Below, piece by piece: positions 24,907 through 38,130 of a stretch of 64,000 nt of DNA. Made by a program: the position numbers and the translations under genes. The notes beneath the pieces are model-generated. The model was not told the origin of the DNA. It was given only the letters and a program-made list of their open reading frames with translations, and ran no database searches. Each line of letters starts with the position of its first letter. Positions within the stretch are counted from its first letter, which is position 1. The stretch is from positions 257,026 through 321,025 of the forward strand of contig MPNM01000001.1 of NCBI GenBank assembly GCA_002239025.1, in the 5' to 3' direction. The DNA is from Chloroflexi bacterium bin125. GTDB taxonomy: Bacteria > Chloroflexota > Dehalococcoidia > Bin125.

Positions 24907-26076
24907 GTGATCCTGGCTACCGAAACTCCCAAACTTTCGATCGAGGAAGAGCGCGACGACTACGTGCGCATCGCGGTCGAGCCGCTGTCACGTGGGTTCG
25001 CCCACACCGAAGGCAATGCGCTGCGGCGCGTCCTGCTCAGCGGAATCCGCGGCGCGGCGATCACGTCGGTGCGGATCGACCAGGTCCAGCACGAGTTCTC
25101 CACGATTCCCCAGATGAAGGAAGATACGACTGAGTTCCTGTTAAACCTGCGCGAGATTCGCATTCACGCGATCGCCGACCGTCCGGCAGAGATGCATCTC
25201 AACATCAACGGCGCCTCGCGGATTACCGCGGGCGACATCCAGGTGCCGGGTGACTACAAAATCGTCAATCCCGAGCTCTACCTGGCGACAATCGACGGCT
25301 CCGAAGGTCGGCTCGATGTGGTGATGGATGTGGAAACCGGCTTCGGGTTCCAGCCATCGGAGCGGAACAAGAACGGTGAGCAACTGCTCGGCGTGATTCC
25401 GCTGGACGCAGTCTTTACGCCGGTTCGCAAAGTCTCGTATGAGGTCCTCCCGGCATCGGGCGGTCGAGGCAGCGAGTACGAACAGTTGCTGATTGAGGTC
25501 TGGACCGACGGCACGATCACCGGCATGGACGCAGTGCAGGCCGCCGCGCGATCATTGCGCGCCGAGCTTGAGCTGTTCGAGACCATGGGCCAGCCGATCG
25601 CGGCTCGCCAGTTGCCGGCCCACGCCAAGGTCGGCCTGACCGCCGAGCAATACGACATGCCGATCGAAGAGTTGGCGCTCTCGGTTCGCGCTCACAACTG
25701 CCTCAAGCGCAGTGGGCTGATGCTTGTCGGACAGATTCTTGAGAAGAGCGACGATGAACTGCTGACGCTGCGAAACTTCGGTGAGAAGTCGTACATCGAG
25801 CTGATCGACAAGCTGCTGGAACTAAATCTGATCGACGACGACGACCCGCGGGTGCGTCGAGCTCGCGATGGTGTGTTCGCTCCCACCAGCGAAGAAGTAC
25901 TGACCACGTTGCCGCCGTCTCCCGAGGAGTCGGCGCCGCTTCCCTCGTTGAGCGGCGCGCCAGCTCCGGAAGCTGAAGCTGCTGTCGGTGGAGATGAGGA
26001 TCCGGAAATCACTGGTTCGCTTGGGGCCGCCTTGCTCGAGGCATTGCGTGAGGCCGGCAGTGGCGTTGACGAATAA
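24907..26076 (+). CDS. rpoA: DNA-directed RNA polymerase subunit alpha (extended acidic C-terminus)
   Basis: GTG start. An NTD and an alpha-CTD are followed by a low-complexity tail of about 60 aa. Confidence 0.94.
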   Translation: MILATETPKLSIEEERDDYVRIAVEPLSRGFAHTEGNALRRVLLSGIRGAAITSVRIDQVQHEFSTIPQMKEDTTEFLLNLREIRIHAIADRPAEMHLNINGASRITAGDIQVPGDYKIVNPELYLATIDGSEGRLDVVMDVETGFGFQPSERNKNGEQLLGVIPLDAVFTPVRKVSYEVLPASGGRGSEYEQLLIEVWTDGTITGMDAVQAAARSLRAELELFETMGQPIAARQLPAHAKVGLTAEQYDMPIEELALSVRAHNCLKRSGLMLVGQILEKSDDELLTLRNFGEKSYIELIDKLLELNLIDDDDPRVRRARDGVFAPTSEEVLTTLPPSPEESAPLPSLSGAPAPEAEAAVGGDEDPEITGSLGAALLEALREAGSGVDE

Positions 26077-26124
26077 CGAAACTGACGAACAGCGTGCGTA
26101 CTGGCGCTATCGGAGGAGTGGACG

Positions 26125-26529
26125 ATGAGACATCGCAAGAGTGGGCGTGGGCTGAGTCGTAGCCGATCTCATCGCTCCGCGCTGGTGCGTAATCAGGTCA
26201 CGGATCTGCTACGTCACGAAGCGATCGTGACCACCGAGGCGAAGGCGAAGACTATTCGTCCGGTGGCGGAACGGATGATCACACTGGGCAAGCGGGGCGA
26301 TCTGCACGCACGGCGACAGGCCGGAGCAGTGCTGACCGACCGTAAGGTGCTGCGCACGTTGTTTGACGACATCGCGCCACGCTTCTCTGAACGCAATGGC
26401 GGGTATACCCGAATCATCAAGCTGGGACCGCGCCGAGGCGACGGCGCCCAGATGGCGCACATCGAACTCGTTGAGCGGGCAGCTCAGGTTGTCGAGAGCG
26501 AGACCGATGAAGAAGCGACCGACGAATAG
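26125..26529 (+). CDS. rplQ: 50S ribosomal protein L17
   Basis: 134 aa. Begins '[17 protein letters not shown]'. Confidence 0.95.
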   Translation: MRHRKSGRGLSRSRSHRSALVRNQVTDLLRHEAIVTTEAKAKTIRPVAERMITLGKRGDLHARRQAGAVLTDRKVLRTLFDDIAPRFSERNGGYTRIIKLGPRRGDGAQMAHIELVERAAQVVESETDEEATDE

Positions 26530-26544
26530 CGTGAGCACAGGCCA

Positions 26545-27354
26545 GTGAGCCAGCGTTGGGCGCTGTTGCTGCAATACGACGGTACGGAGTTCGCAGGGTC
26601 ACAATGGCAGCCAAATCGTCCAACGGTGCAGGGTGCGCTGCAAACCGCGCTCCAGGAGTTGACTGGCGCTCAATCGCTTGTCTCTCTGGCTGGTCGCACC
26701 GACGCCGGCGTTCACGCGACGGGACAGGTCGCATCGTTCGTCACGGACAAGTCGATCGAGTCGATGTCCGGGCCTCGCTGGGTGCGCGGCCTGAATCACT
26801 TTCTGCCTACAACCGTCGCCGTCCAGGCGGCAACGCCGGTCACCATGGAATTCGATCCACGTCGCGACGCGGTCTCGCGCTCGTACCAGTACGAGGTGTT
26901 TGTGGCCAATCAGCGGCAACCGCTGCGGGAGCGACGAACCTGGATTGTGCCGCCACCATTCGACCACGACCAAGCGCAAGCCGCGCTGACAGCCTTGCTG
27001 GGCCGGCACGACTTCGCAGCGTTCACGCCACCGACCGACGAACGCTCCACGCTCCGTTCGATGTGCGAGGCGTCGGCCGGATCGAGTGGCCCGGAGATCC
27101 GATTTCAGTTTCGGGCCGACGCGTTTCTGCAGCACCAGGTGAGGCGGATGGTCGGCGCCGCGGTCGACGTGGCTCGCGGCCGACAGACGCTAACAGACTT
27201 TCACACGGCGTTCGCGAGGGCGAAGCCGGGATCCATGGGTCCAACGGCTCCGGCTTGCGGTCTCACGCTTGTCGAAGTCGGGTACCCACAACCACTGTTC
27301 AACTACCGGCCGCTCAGCGGGTCGCCCTGCCACAGGGATCGTGAGGGAGATTGA
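26545..27354 (+). CDS. truA: tRNA pseudouridine(38-40) synthase
   Basis: GTG start. Contains 'LLLQYDGTEFAGSQWQ', and the catalytic Asp is in the expected context. Confidence 0.88.
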   Translation: MSQRWALLLQYDGTEFAGSQWQPNRPTVQGALQTALQELTGAQSLVSLAGRTDAGVHATGQVASFVTDKSIESMSGPRWVRGLNHFLPTTVAVQAATPVTMEFDPRRDAVSRSYQYEVFVANQRQPLRERRTWIVPPPFDHDQAQAALTALLGRHDFAAFTPPTDERSTLRSMCEASAGSSGPEIRFQFRADAFLQHQVRRMVGAAVDVARGRQTLTDFHTAFARAKPGSMGPTAPACGLTLVEVGYPQPLFNYRPLSGSPCHRDREGD

Positions 27355-27357
27355 AGG

Positions 27358-27798
27358 ATGTCGACTACCGTTCTCGGATCGCATCAAGTTGCCCGCAACT
27401 GGCACGTGATCGATGCCGCCGACCGACCGCTGGGTCGAGTGGCGACACAGATTGCGACCCTGCTGCGGGGCAAGCACAAGCCGGCCTTTCACCCGTCGCA
27501 GGACATCGGTGACTACGTTGTCGTGGTCAACGCGGGCAAAGTCGCAGTGACCGGTCGCAAGCTCGAACAGAAAATGTACTACCGGCACTCAGGGCACCTC
27601 GGTGGCTTGAAGGAAACTTCGCTCAAGGAGATGCTTGAGAAGCGCCCCGAGCGCGTGATCGAGCATGCAGTTCGTGGCATGTTGCCGAAGAACCGGCTCG
27701 GGCGCACACAGTATCGACATCTACGGGTCTATGCCGGCGCGGACCATCCGCATGCTGGTCAGATCGCCGAATCTCTCAACGGCAGTGAAGCGGAGTAA
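27358..27798 (+). CDS. rplM: 50S ribosomal protein L13
   Basis: 146 aa, canonical L13. Confidence 0.95.
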   Translation: MSTTVLGSHQVARNWHVIDAADRPLGRVATQIATLLRGKHKPAFHPSQDIGDYVVVVNAGKVAVTGRKLEQKMYYRHSGHLGGLKETSLKEMLEKRPERVIEHAVRGMLPKNRLGRTQYRHLRVYAGADHPHAGQIAESLNGSEAE

Positions 27799-27801
27799 TC
27801 G

Positions 27802-28203
27802 ATGACAACCAGCGCAGGACACTACTACTACGGTCTGGGCCGCCGCAAGACTGCCATCGCGCGGGTTCGTCTGTACCCCGGCAATGGTCAGATCACGGTC
27901 AACGGCAAAGAAGCCGGCGATCTCTTCCGGCGACCGGAACAGCGTCGCCTGATCGAGGAACCGCTGCGTCACACGGGGATGCAGAACAGCTTCTCGGCGG
28001 TTGTGCGCTGCACAGGCGGTGGCGTCAACGGTTGGGCTGGCGCGATCCGACTGGGAATTGCGCGAGCACTGCTGGCTAGCGATGAGACACTTCGTCGGCC
28101 GCTGCGCCAAGCTGGAATGCTGACCAGGGACCCACGAGCGAAGGAACGCAAGAAGCCGGGCCTCAAGCGGGCTCGCAAGGCGCCGCAGTACACGAAGCGC
28201 TAG
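27802..28203 (+). CDS. rpsI: 30S ribosomal protein S9
   Basis: 133 aa, with the C-terminal 'RKAPQYTKR'. Confidence 0.95.
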   Translation: MTTSAGHYYYGLGRRKTAIARVRLYPGNGQITVNGKEAGDLFRRPEQRRLIEEPLRHTGMQNSFSAVVRCTGGGVNGWAGAIRLGIARALLASDETLRRPLRQAGMLTRDPRAKERKKPGLKRARKAPQYTKR

Positions 28204-28270
28204 GTCTCCGGACTGGCTCCGGTACTCCGTGACATCACCTCCCGCAAGAGACCGATGCGCAACCTCCAAT

Positions 28271-28480
28271 TCCCCTCTCCCCCCTTGCGGGGGGAGATGT
28301 CACAGCGTGACAGAGGGGGGGGCGGCCGGTGAGTACCTGATAGAACTTGCGGACAGGACCCCCCTCTGCCTTCGGCATCTCCCCCGCAAGGGGGGAGAAG
28401 GGGAGTTGTGCATCAGTCTCCGCAAGGGGGAAAGGGGAATCGGGAGTCTTTCAAAGGTCTTCGTACAGCGGGGACTGGGA
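28271..28480. repeat. long modular GC-rich hairpin repeat (type A copy 1) between convergent rpsI and metK
   Basis: Stacked tetraloop hairpins: 'ctcccccc-TTGC-ggggggag', 'tgtcacagcgtgaca' and 'tctccccc-GCAA-ggggggaga'. Near-identical to 44900-45093 apart from swapped internal modules. Confidence 0.85.
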
Positions 28481-28562
28481 AGTTCGATGTTTGAGATCCC
28501 CGAGACGTGACATCAAGCCATGTGTCAGGCTCTTCAAGGAAGAGTGGCAGGGTGGATCGTCC

Positions 28563-31956
<3,394 letters not shown>

Positions 31957-31966
31957 GGCGGAAACG

Positions 31967-32917
31967 TTAGCGGCTCGGTGGGATCAACGTCGATGAGGGC
32001 ACATCATTGACCGTGATCAGTGAAGTGCGTTCGGCGACGGCATCGCGCGTGGCCCGCAAGATCCCCTGGATGCCAAAGGCCTCGATTGCGAATGAAGCCG
32101 CCGCGCAACCCCAGACGGCGGACTGAATCAGGTCGCAACCGCGAGCCAGTGCGCTGAGCAGTGAGCTGATGAACGTGTCCCCGGCGCCTGTCGGATCAGT
32201 CGCCGCGACATTTGGGACGGCGCTAATCACCGTGCGGCGTTCGCGTTCGAATATCTCCACTCCCAGCGACGCCTTTTTCAGAATGAAGATCTTTGGTCCC
32301 AGATCACTGATTTCGTCCCAGGCCGCCATCGGCAACGCCGGATCGCTTTCATCGCCCGGCCATTGGATCAGGTGCGCCGCTTCGAGCGTGTTGATTGAGA
32401 CGAGGTCGGCATGGTGCAGTTGCGCCCGAAACTCGTCTCGCCGCTCGGCAACTTCACGCTCGATCGTGTCGATCGCGACCAACTCGGGGTCGATCATCTG
32501 CTCCATGGCTCGATGATTCTGGTCGGGATTGCCTGCAGTCAGCAGGACGAATCGTGCTCGACGAATGGGGTCGGACACGCGAATGGGGTGCGTGTCGTAG
32601 ACGCCAGCCCTCGTGTACAGGGTCTCACGAACGTCGCCGTCGGCCGAGTATCGACAGCCCCAGCGAAAGTTGGGCCCCTCGGCCCGCTCGATGCCATCCA
32701 GTGACACGCCCTGATCGGTCAGTGGCTGTAGCAATGCTGGATCGAAGTCGTCGCCAATCACCGAGATTGGAGCAACCCGCGCCAGGATCGACGCGGCCAG
32801 GCTGGCATAGACGGCCGAGCCGCCGAGGAGTTGGTCGATGTCGCCCGCCTGACTGTGGATCTCATCCAAGGCGACCGCCCCGACGACGGCAACATCAATG
32901 TCCGTATCCGTGGTCAC
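31967..32917 (-). CDS. PfkB-family sugar/nucleoside kinase (possible adenosine kinase)
   Basis: Ribokinase-like fold with the 'DPTGAGDTF' anion-hole motif. Embedded between mtnP and ahcY. Confidence 0.72.
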   Translation of the reverse strand: MTTDTDIDVAVVGAVALDEIHSQAGDIDQLLGGSAVYASLAASILARVAPISVIGDDFDPALLQPLTDQGVSLDGIERAEGPNFRWGCRYSADGDVRETLYTRAGVYDTHPIRVSDPIRRARFVLLTAGNPDQNHRAMEQMIDPELVAIDTIEREVAERRDEFRAQLHHADLVSINTLEAAHLIQWPGDESDPALPMAAWDEISDLGPKIFILKKASLGVEIFERERRTVISAVPNVAATDPTGAGDTFISSLLSALARGCDLIQSAVWGCAAASFAIEAFGIQGILRATRDAVAERTSLITVNDVPSSTLIPPSR

Positions 32918-33789
32918 GGCAGACGATCCTTGATGAGCAGCGAGTAACGTTCCAATGTTTCAGCCGGAATTCGTCGCGGATCGGTCATGATGGCGCCGAA
33001 CAGCGCACCCTCGGCTGTGGAGGTCCAATCGGAGGGTAAGTGCTCGGCCAGGTCGGCGATGATCCGCTGTGCCGATTGGACGTTCTGGGCGACGATTTCG
33101 GCGACGGCTGCAGCGGTGACATCGGCCTCCGACTCATGCCAGACATCGTAATCGGTGGCTGTGGCGAGCATCGCGTAGGCGATCTCGGCTTCGCGAGCTA
33201 GCTTGGCCTCGGGCACGGCGGTCATGCCGATGATGGCGGCGTCCCACGAACGGTACATGTGAGATTCGGCTCGCGTGCTGAAGAGCGGACCTTCCATGGC
33301 GATGTAAGCGCCACCGGCGTGAACCGTCTGCCCGACGCGGCCGGCGCTCGCAATCAGGCGTGAGCTCAGGTCGGAGCAGAAGGGATCGGCAAATCCGACG
33401 TGGACGACGATCCCGTCGCCAAAGAAGGTCGTCGGACGGCCCGCCCTGGTGCGGTCGATGATCTGGTCGGGGACGACCATGTGTCCGGGCGCGATGTCCT
33501 GACGCAGCGAGCCAACGGCTGAGACGGCCAGGATGCCCTGGACGCTGAGGGCCTTGAGCGCCCAGATGTTGGCTCGGACAGGTATCTCGTGAGGCATCAG
33601 CCGATGTCCGACGCCGTGTCGCGGCAGGAACGCGACTCGCTTGCCGTGCAGGCTACCGAGGACGATATCGTCCGATGTGTCGCCGAACGGCGTCGTCGGC
33701 GACCAGGACTCGACATCGGTGAGGCCGGGCATCTTGTAGAACCCTGAGCCGCCGATGACAGCGAGTTGTGCGGTCGGTTGGTTCGTCAT
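32914..33789 (-). CDS. mtnP: S-methyl-5'-thioadenosine phosphorylase
   Basis: PNP/MTAP family. Contains 'LAVIGGSGFY' and 'GMTAVPEAKLAREAEIAYA'. Confidence 0.88.
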   Translation of the reverse strand: MTNQPTAQLAVIGGSGFYKMPGLTDVESWSPTTPFGDTSDDIVLGSLHGKRVAFLPRHGVGHRLMPHEIPVRANIWALKALSVQGILAVSAVGSLRQDIAPGHMVVPDQIIDRTRAGRPTTFFGDGIVVHVGFADPFCSDLSSRLIASAGRVGQTVHAGGAYIAMEGPLFSTRAESHMYRSWDAAIIGMTAVPEAKLAREAEIAYAMLATATDYDVWHESEADVTAAAVAEIVAQNVQSAQRIIADLAEHLPSDWTSTAEGALFGAIMTDPRRIPAETLERYSLLIKDRLP

Positions 33790-33808
33790 GCCTGAACCCT
33801 TCCCCGTC

Positions 33809-34339
33809 TCAGTAGATGAGCAACGACGTCGTCTCGTGAGGCCTCAGACGCTCGCGTCCATTGAGCGCGGCCAATTCAATCAGGAACGTCACGGCCGAGA
33901 TCTCTGCTCCGGTCTGCAGCACCAGCTGCACAGAGGCCTCGGCGGTGCCGCCGGTGGCGAGCAGGTCGTCAACCAGGGCAACACGCGCTCCTGAGTTCAA
34001 GGCATCGGCGTGTATCTCGATCATGGCGGAGCCATACTCGAGGTCGTACGAGCGGGCGATGGTGTCGGCAGGCAGCTTGCCTGCTTTCCGCACCGGCACG
34101 AACGGCCGGTTGAGCCGCTGAGCGATCGGCGCTCCCAGGATGAAGCCCCGCGATTCGATGCCAACGATCGCGTCGGCCCCGTCGCATTGCTCGGTCAGCC
34201 AGTCCAACGCGTGAGCGAACGCTTCGGGTTCGGCGAGCAGCGGTGTGATGTCGCGGAAGAGGATGCCGGGCTCCGGGAAGTCCGGAATCGCGCGGATGTA
34301 TTGCGCCACCAGGTCGCTGTGAGTTGGTGTGTCTGTCAT
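33809..34339 (-). CDS. apt: adenine phosphoribosyltransferase
   Basis: PRTase motif 'VALVDDLLATGGT'. 176 aa. Confidence 0.92.
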   Translation of the reverse strand: MTDTPTHSDLVAQYIRAIPDFPEPGILFRDITPLLAEPEAFAHALDWLTEQCDGADAIVGIESRGFILGAPIAQRLNRPFVPVRKAGKLPADTIARSYDLEYGSAMIEIHADALNSGARVALVDDLLATGGTAEASVQLVLQTGAEISAVTFLIELAALNGRERLRPHETTSLLIY

Positions 34340-34438
34340 AGCTCCAGCGTACTAGCGGGTTGTGTTGCGAGCCGCGATGCATTCCCGTTTCGCTGGTACG
34401 CTGACTTCCAGCGCTGCAGTGGGTGAGCGGAGGCCGCG

Positions 34439-35251
34439 TTGGACGATCCTCTCAACTGGTCGGCGGACGATCAGGAGCGCGCGCTACGAGCGATCGCGCC
34501 CTGGTATGACCTCGATTTCGGTCCACTGACCGACGACGTGGCCATGTTCGAGGAGTTGGTGTCGCCGGGGCAACGCGTCCTCGAATTAGGTGCTGGCAGT
34601 GGCCGCATCGCGATGCCGTTGGCCGAGATCGGATGCCACGTGACGGCGGTCGATTCCTCCGAAGCGATGCTGGCCATCGGTGAGCAACAGATGCGCGAAA
34701 CCGCGGTCGAGGTGGTGCGCGACGATATGCGCTGTCTGCAACTTGGGGCAGAGTTCGATCTCGTCGTCTTTGGTCTGTCCACATTCCAGCATCTGCTGCG
34801 TCGAGAAGAACAGCTTGGCTCGTTGCGTACCGCCCGTCGACACCTGGCCTCGGGAGGACGTCTGATCATCGACTGGACTGCTCCGCGATCGGACGACGTC
34901 GACCCATCGCCGCAAATCATGCACCTGGAGTGGGTACGCCATGCGGAGTCGGGTGAGTTGGTGACCAAGAGTGCCGCTCAAGAGTTGGCGACCGAACGAC
35001 GCTGTGGTCTCCCCGTCGATCGCGGTTCGCCGATTGCCTGGATTACCTATCAATACGACGCCATCAACGAAGGCGGAGAGATGCGCCGCTCATTGGCGAG
35101 GTTCCCACTGCGCGTTAATCTCAATGCTGGCGAAATGGCCGGTCTGCTCGCCGAGACGGATCTCAGACCGGTCGACTGGTTCGGATCGTGGGACTTCGAA
35201 GAGGTTGGCGAAGGTGATCGTCTGATCGTGATCGCGGAGGCCGTGTCGTGA
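34439..35251 (+). CDS. class I SAM-dependent methyltransferase
   Basis: Motif I 'VLELGAGSGRIAMPLA'. Divergent from the apt operon. Confidence 0.75.
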   Translation: MDDPLNWSADDQERALRAIAPWYDLDFGPLTDDVAMFEELVSPGQRVLELGAGSGRIAMPLAEIGCHVTAVDSSEAMLAIGEQQMRETAVEVVRDDMRCLQLGAEFDLVVFGLSTFQHLLRREEQLGSLRTARRHLASGGRLIIDWTAPRSDDVDPSPQIMHLEWVRHAESGELVTKSAAQELATERRCGLPVDRGSPIAWITYQYDAINEGGEMRRSLARFPLRVNLNAGEMAGLLAETDLRPVDWFGSWDFEEVGEGDRLIVIAEAVS

Positions 35252-36543
35252 TCCGCTGGAAGACTGCTATCGCGGCGGCGTCACTCGTACTGCTGTCCGT
35301 GATCGTCGCTTGCGGTTCAAGTCCCAACGAGCATGTCCAGTCGAACGAGTTTTTCCGCCCCGCAGCCGAGGGTCAGCAACAGTCGGCTGCGGCCGATGCC
35401 GACCAGGATCAACAGTCACAATCTGAAGCACGAACCCGGGACGGTCAGACCGAACAGACCGAACAGAGTGGATCGGACCAGCAGCAGTCACGCCAGGACG
35501 CGGATCAGACAGACTCGTCTGAGAATCAACAACAATCTGCCGACGATCAGTCTCAACCGGAGCAAGATGACAGTCGACAAACGGAAGATGATGACGCGCC
35601 GATCGAGACTTCCGACGACATCATCCGGCGGTACAGCAACCCGTCCTATGGCTATTCGTTTGAACTGATCTGCTCGCCCTTCTGCGATGCCAACTCCAAC
35701 GGCGTTGATCGAGTTTCGTTCCTGTCCGAGACCGGACGTGCGTTGATCGGTGTCGACGTGCATTTGGATGATGGGTCTGACAGTGATGCGCTACTCAGGT
35801 CGACGTTGGGGCTCACGGACACTGTCGAGTTCACCGCACGCGAAGAGACGACCACTGTCACCGGCGAGCCGGCAGAGCGCTTCGATTGGGACGAGGATCG
35901 GCGCGCCACCGGCGGTTTCCAGGTCCGCTGGCATGCGCTGCTCGTGCCGATTGAGGACATCGTGATCGTGTTCCGCGCAGGAGCAGTGCTTGAAGACTAT
36001 GAGGACGTGGCTCCGGCTCTCGAGCGCGCCTTGGGTTCGTTCATTCTTCCATTGGAAATCACAGCTCGGCCTGGTCGGTATGAGCGATTCGACTTCGTGA
36101 TTGCCTATGACACCGAGGACGTTTCGCAGGAGTTTGGGCAGCCGACCAGCAATCCCCCGAGCGACGAGGCGGGCATCTTTGTCCTGCAATCGTCGACCGC
36201 GTTGAAGGCTGTGCTCACCTGGCAGGTCCTGGGCGAGGCGTTCTATGACGGAGACACAGCGATTCAGCAGTCCTTGAGCGACTCGTTGGGGATAGAAAGC
36301 GTCACGGGATTGGCCGACTGGGGTGAAGTGGATGGACAAGCGGCGCGGACCGGAGAGACGGAGACTCAGTTCGGCGAGGGTGTAATGAAGATTCGGTCGT
36401 TCGCCTGGTACTGCCGCGAAGGCGGTCGTGAGTTTGCCCTGCATGTCCTTGATCAGGATGACCCGGAGTCGGTTGCACTACCGTTGATCGAGAGCTTCCG
36501 CTGCGACGCCGATAGCGCAGAGTCAGCGGACGAAGACGAGTAG
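35248..36543 (+). CDS. hypothetical secreted lipoprotein with Q/D/S/E-rich disordered linker
   Basis: Signal peptide plus lipobox 'LLSVIVACGSS'. About 100 aa of Q/D/E/S low complexity. C-terminal globular region of about 300 aa with no recognised family. Confidence 0.6.
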   Translation: MIRWKTAIAAASLVLLSVIVACGSSPNEHVQSNEFFRPAAEGQQQSAAADADQDQQSQSEARTRDGQTEQTEQSGSDQQQSRQDADQTDSSENQQQSADDQSQPEQDDSRQTEDDDAPIETSDDIIRRYSNPSYGYSFELICSPFCDANSNGVDRVSFLSETGRALIGVDVHLDDGSDSDALLRSTLGLTDTVEFTAREETTTVTGEPAERFDWDEDRRATGGFQVRWHALLVPIEDIVIVFRAGAVLEDYEDVAPALERALGSFILPLEITARPGRYERFDFVIAYDTEDVSQEFGQPTSNPPSDEAGIFVLQSSTALKAVLTWQVLGEAFYDGDTAIQQSLSDSLGIESVTGLADWGEVDGQAARTGETETQFGEGVMKIRSFAWYCREGGREFALHVLDQDDPESVALPLIESFRCDADSAESADEDE

Positions 36544-36575
36544 CGTCGACCGAGCAGACCAAACCGGAGTGGCGT

Positions 36576-37688
36576 TTGATGCAACGGGCTGTGCAGCGCG
36601 GAACTGGACACCGACCGATCACCGTTGCGCTTGATGCGATGGGCGGGGACAACGCGCCGGCCGCGATTGTGCGCGGTGCGCTGAGCGCCGTTCGCGAGCT
36701 CGATGTCGATGTCATCCTGGTTGGTCGGGGCCGAGAGATTCGCGGACTACTGCCGGCGGCTCAGCGAAATCTGCGAATCCAGGAAGCATCCGAGGCCATC
36801 GCCATGGATGCGCCACCGACGGCCGTTCGGCGTATGCGCGATTCGTCGATCATGGTGGGGCTGGGACTGCTGGCGGACGGCGAGGCTGACGCGTTTCTCT
36901 CGTTCGGCAACACCGGCGCCGTGATGGCTGGGTCGCTGTTCAGTCTGGGCCGGATTCCCGGTGTTGCCCGACCCGCGCTTGGCGCGCTCTTCCGCAACGG
37001 ACGCGGCACGACTTCACTGCTGCTGGATGTCGGAGCCAATGTTGAGGCCCGGCCTCAGTACCTGTGCCAGTTTGCCACGATGGGGCGGGCCTACGTTGAG
37101 CGCGTGTTGCGTCATCGAAATCCCAGTGTGGGTCTGCTCAATGTGGGGGAAGAGGAGCTCAAGGGCACCCCGTTGCACCAGGAGACATATCGATTGCTGG
37201 AGCGCCAGGAGCCGAATTTCGTTGGCAACATCGAGGGCAACCAGATGATCGCCGGTGCGGCCGACGTGATTGTGTCGGATGGGTTTACCGGCAATGTCGC
37301 CGTCAAGCTGACTGAGGGCGTGGCGGAGCAATTGTTCGGGGAACTCAAACGCGGCATCCAGGCCAACATGCTGCACATGGCGGGCGCCTGGCTCATGCGA
37401 GGAGCGTTCCAGAGCATTCGCGCTCACTGGGACTATGCGAAAGTTGGGTCGGCGCCGCTGTTTGGCATCGATGGCGCCGTCCTGGTCGGACATGGGCGGG
37501 CCAATGCTGAAGCGGTGACGAGTGGCATTCGCTCGGCCAGGAGCGTGGTAGAGGCAGGGGTCGTGGATGCAATTCGCGACGCAGTAGCAGGAACTGCTCT
37601 GGTCGATGACGACGACATGACTGATGCGCCTCAGAGCCCGCAACGCGATGGTCAGGTGAGCGACACTTGGCGCTATGAGCGCGGCTAG
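36576..37688 (+). CDS. plsX: phosphate acyltransferase PlsX
   Basis: Contains 'ITVALDAMGGDNAP' and 'HGRANAEAVTSGIRSA', typical of PlsX. Confidence 0.88.
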   Translation: MMQRAVQRGTGHRPITVALDAMGGDNAPAAIVRGALSAVRELDVDVILVGRGREIRGLLPAAQRNLRIQEASEAIAMDAPPTAVRRMRDSSIMVGLGLLADGEADAFLSFGNTGAVMAGSLFSLGRIPGVARPALGALFRNGRGTTSLLLDVGANVEARPQYLCQFATMGRAYVERVLRHRNPSVGLLNVGEEELKGTPLHQETYRLLERQEPNFVGNIEGNQMIAGAADVIVSDGFTGNVAVKLTEGVAEQLFGELKRGIQANMLHMAGAWLMRGAFQSIRAHWDYAKVGSAPLFGIDGAVLVGHGRANAEAVTSGIRSARSVVEAGVVDAIRDAVAGTALVDDDDMTDAPQSPQRDGQVSDTWRYERG

Positions 37689-37769
37689 ATCTTGACGAAG
37701 ATCGTCATAGATGCGATACATTTGAGCCGTTGGCGTCGAGAAATCTCGTAGACCGCTTGGAGGAATCAG

Positions 37770-38096
37770 ATGGCAAAGCCGCAGGAAGTGACAGACGGAA
37801 GCTTTCAGGCAGACGTGAAAGACAACGAGCTGCCGGTGCTCGTGGACTTCTGGGCGCCCTGGTGCGGACCGTGCCGCATGGTCGCTCCGATCGTTGACGA
37901 GCTCTCGGATGAGTACGACGGCCGCGTCGCGTTTTACAAGCTGAACACCGACGAAAACCCGGGCGTCGCCACTGAGTACGGGATCCGCAGCATCCCCACG
38001 CTGCTGGTCTTCAAGGGCGGCGAAGTCGCCGGTCAGATCGTGGGCTTCCGCCCCAAGAGCGATCTCGCCAAGCGACTCGACGAAGTCCTTACGTAG
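37770..38096 (+). CDS. trxA: thioredoxin
   Basis: 'WAPWCGPC' active site. 108 aa. Strong SD (GGAGG). Confidence 0.93.
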   Translation: MAKPQEVTDGSFQADVKDNELPVLVDFWAPWCGPCRMVAPIVDELSDEYDGRVAFYKLNTDENPGVATEYGIRSIPTLLVFKGGEVAGQIVGFRPKSDLAKRLDEVLT

Positions 38097-38130
38097 CCAC
38101 GCTCAACACCAGTACCAAGTCAGCCCGAGA

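Noticed and set aside
28229-28560. Small ORFs (28229-28510, 28347-28751) and a possible CRISPR array within the rpsI-metK spacer.
   Set aside because: The region is the type-A hairpin repeat. There are no regularly spaced direct repeats with unique spacers and no cas genes. The ORFs consist of repeat-encoded G/E/R/P runs.
34340-34438. SAM riboswitch upstream of the apt-...-metK operon.
   Set aside because: No S-box/SAM-I core and no SAM-IV-like sequence is recognisable. Only a simple inverted repeat is present.
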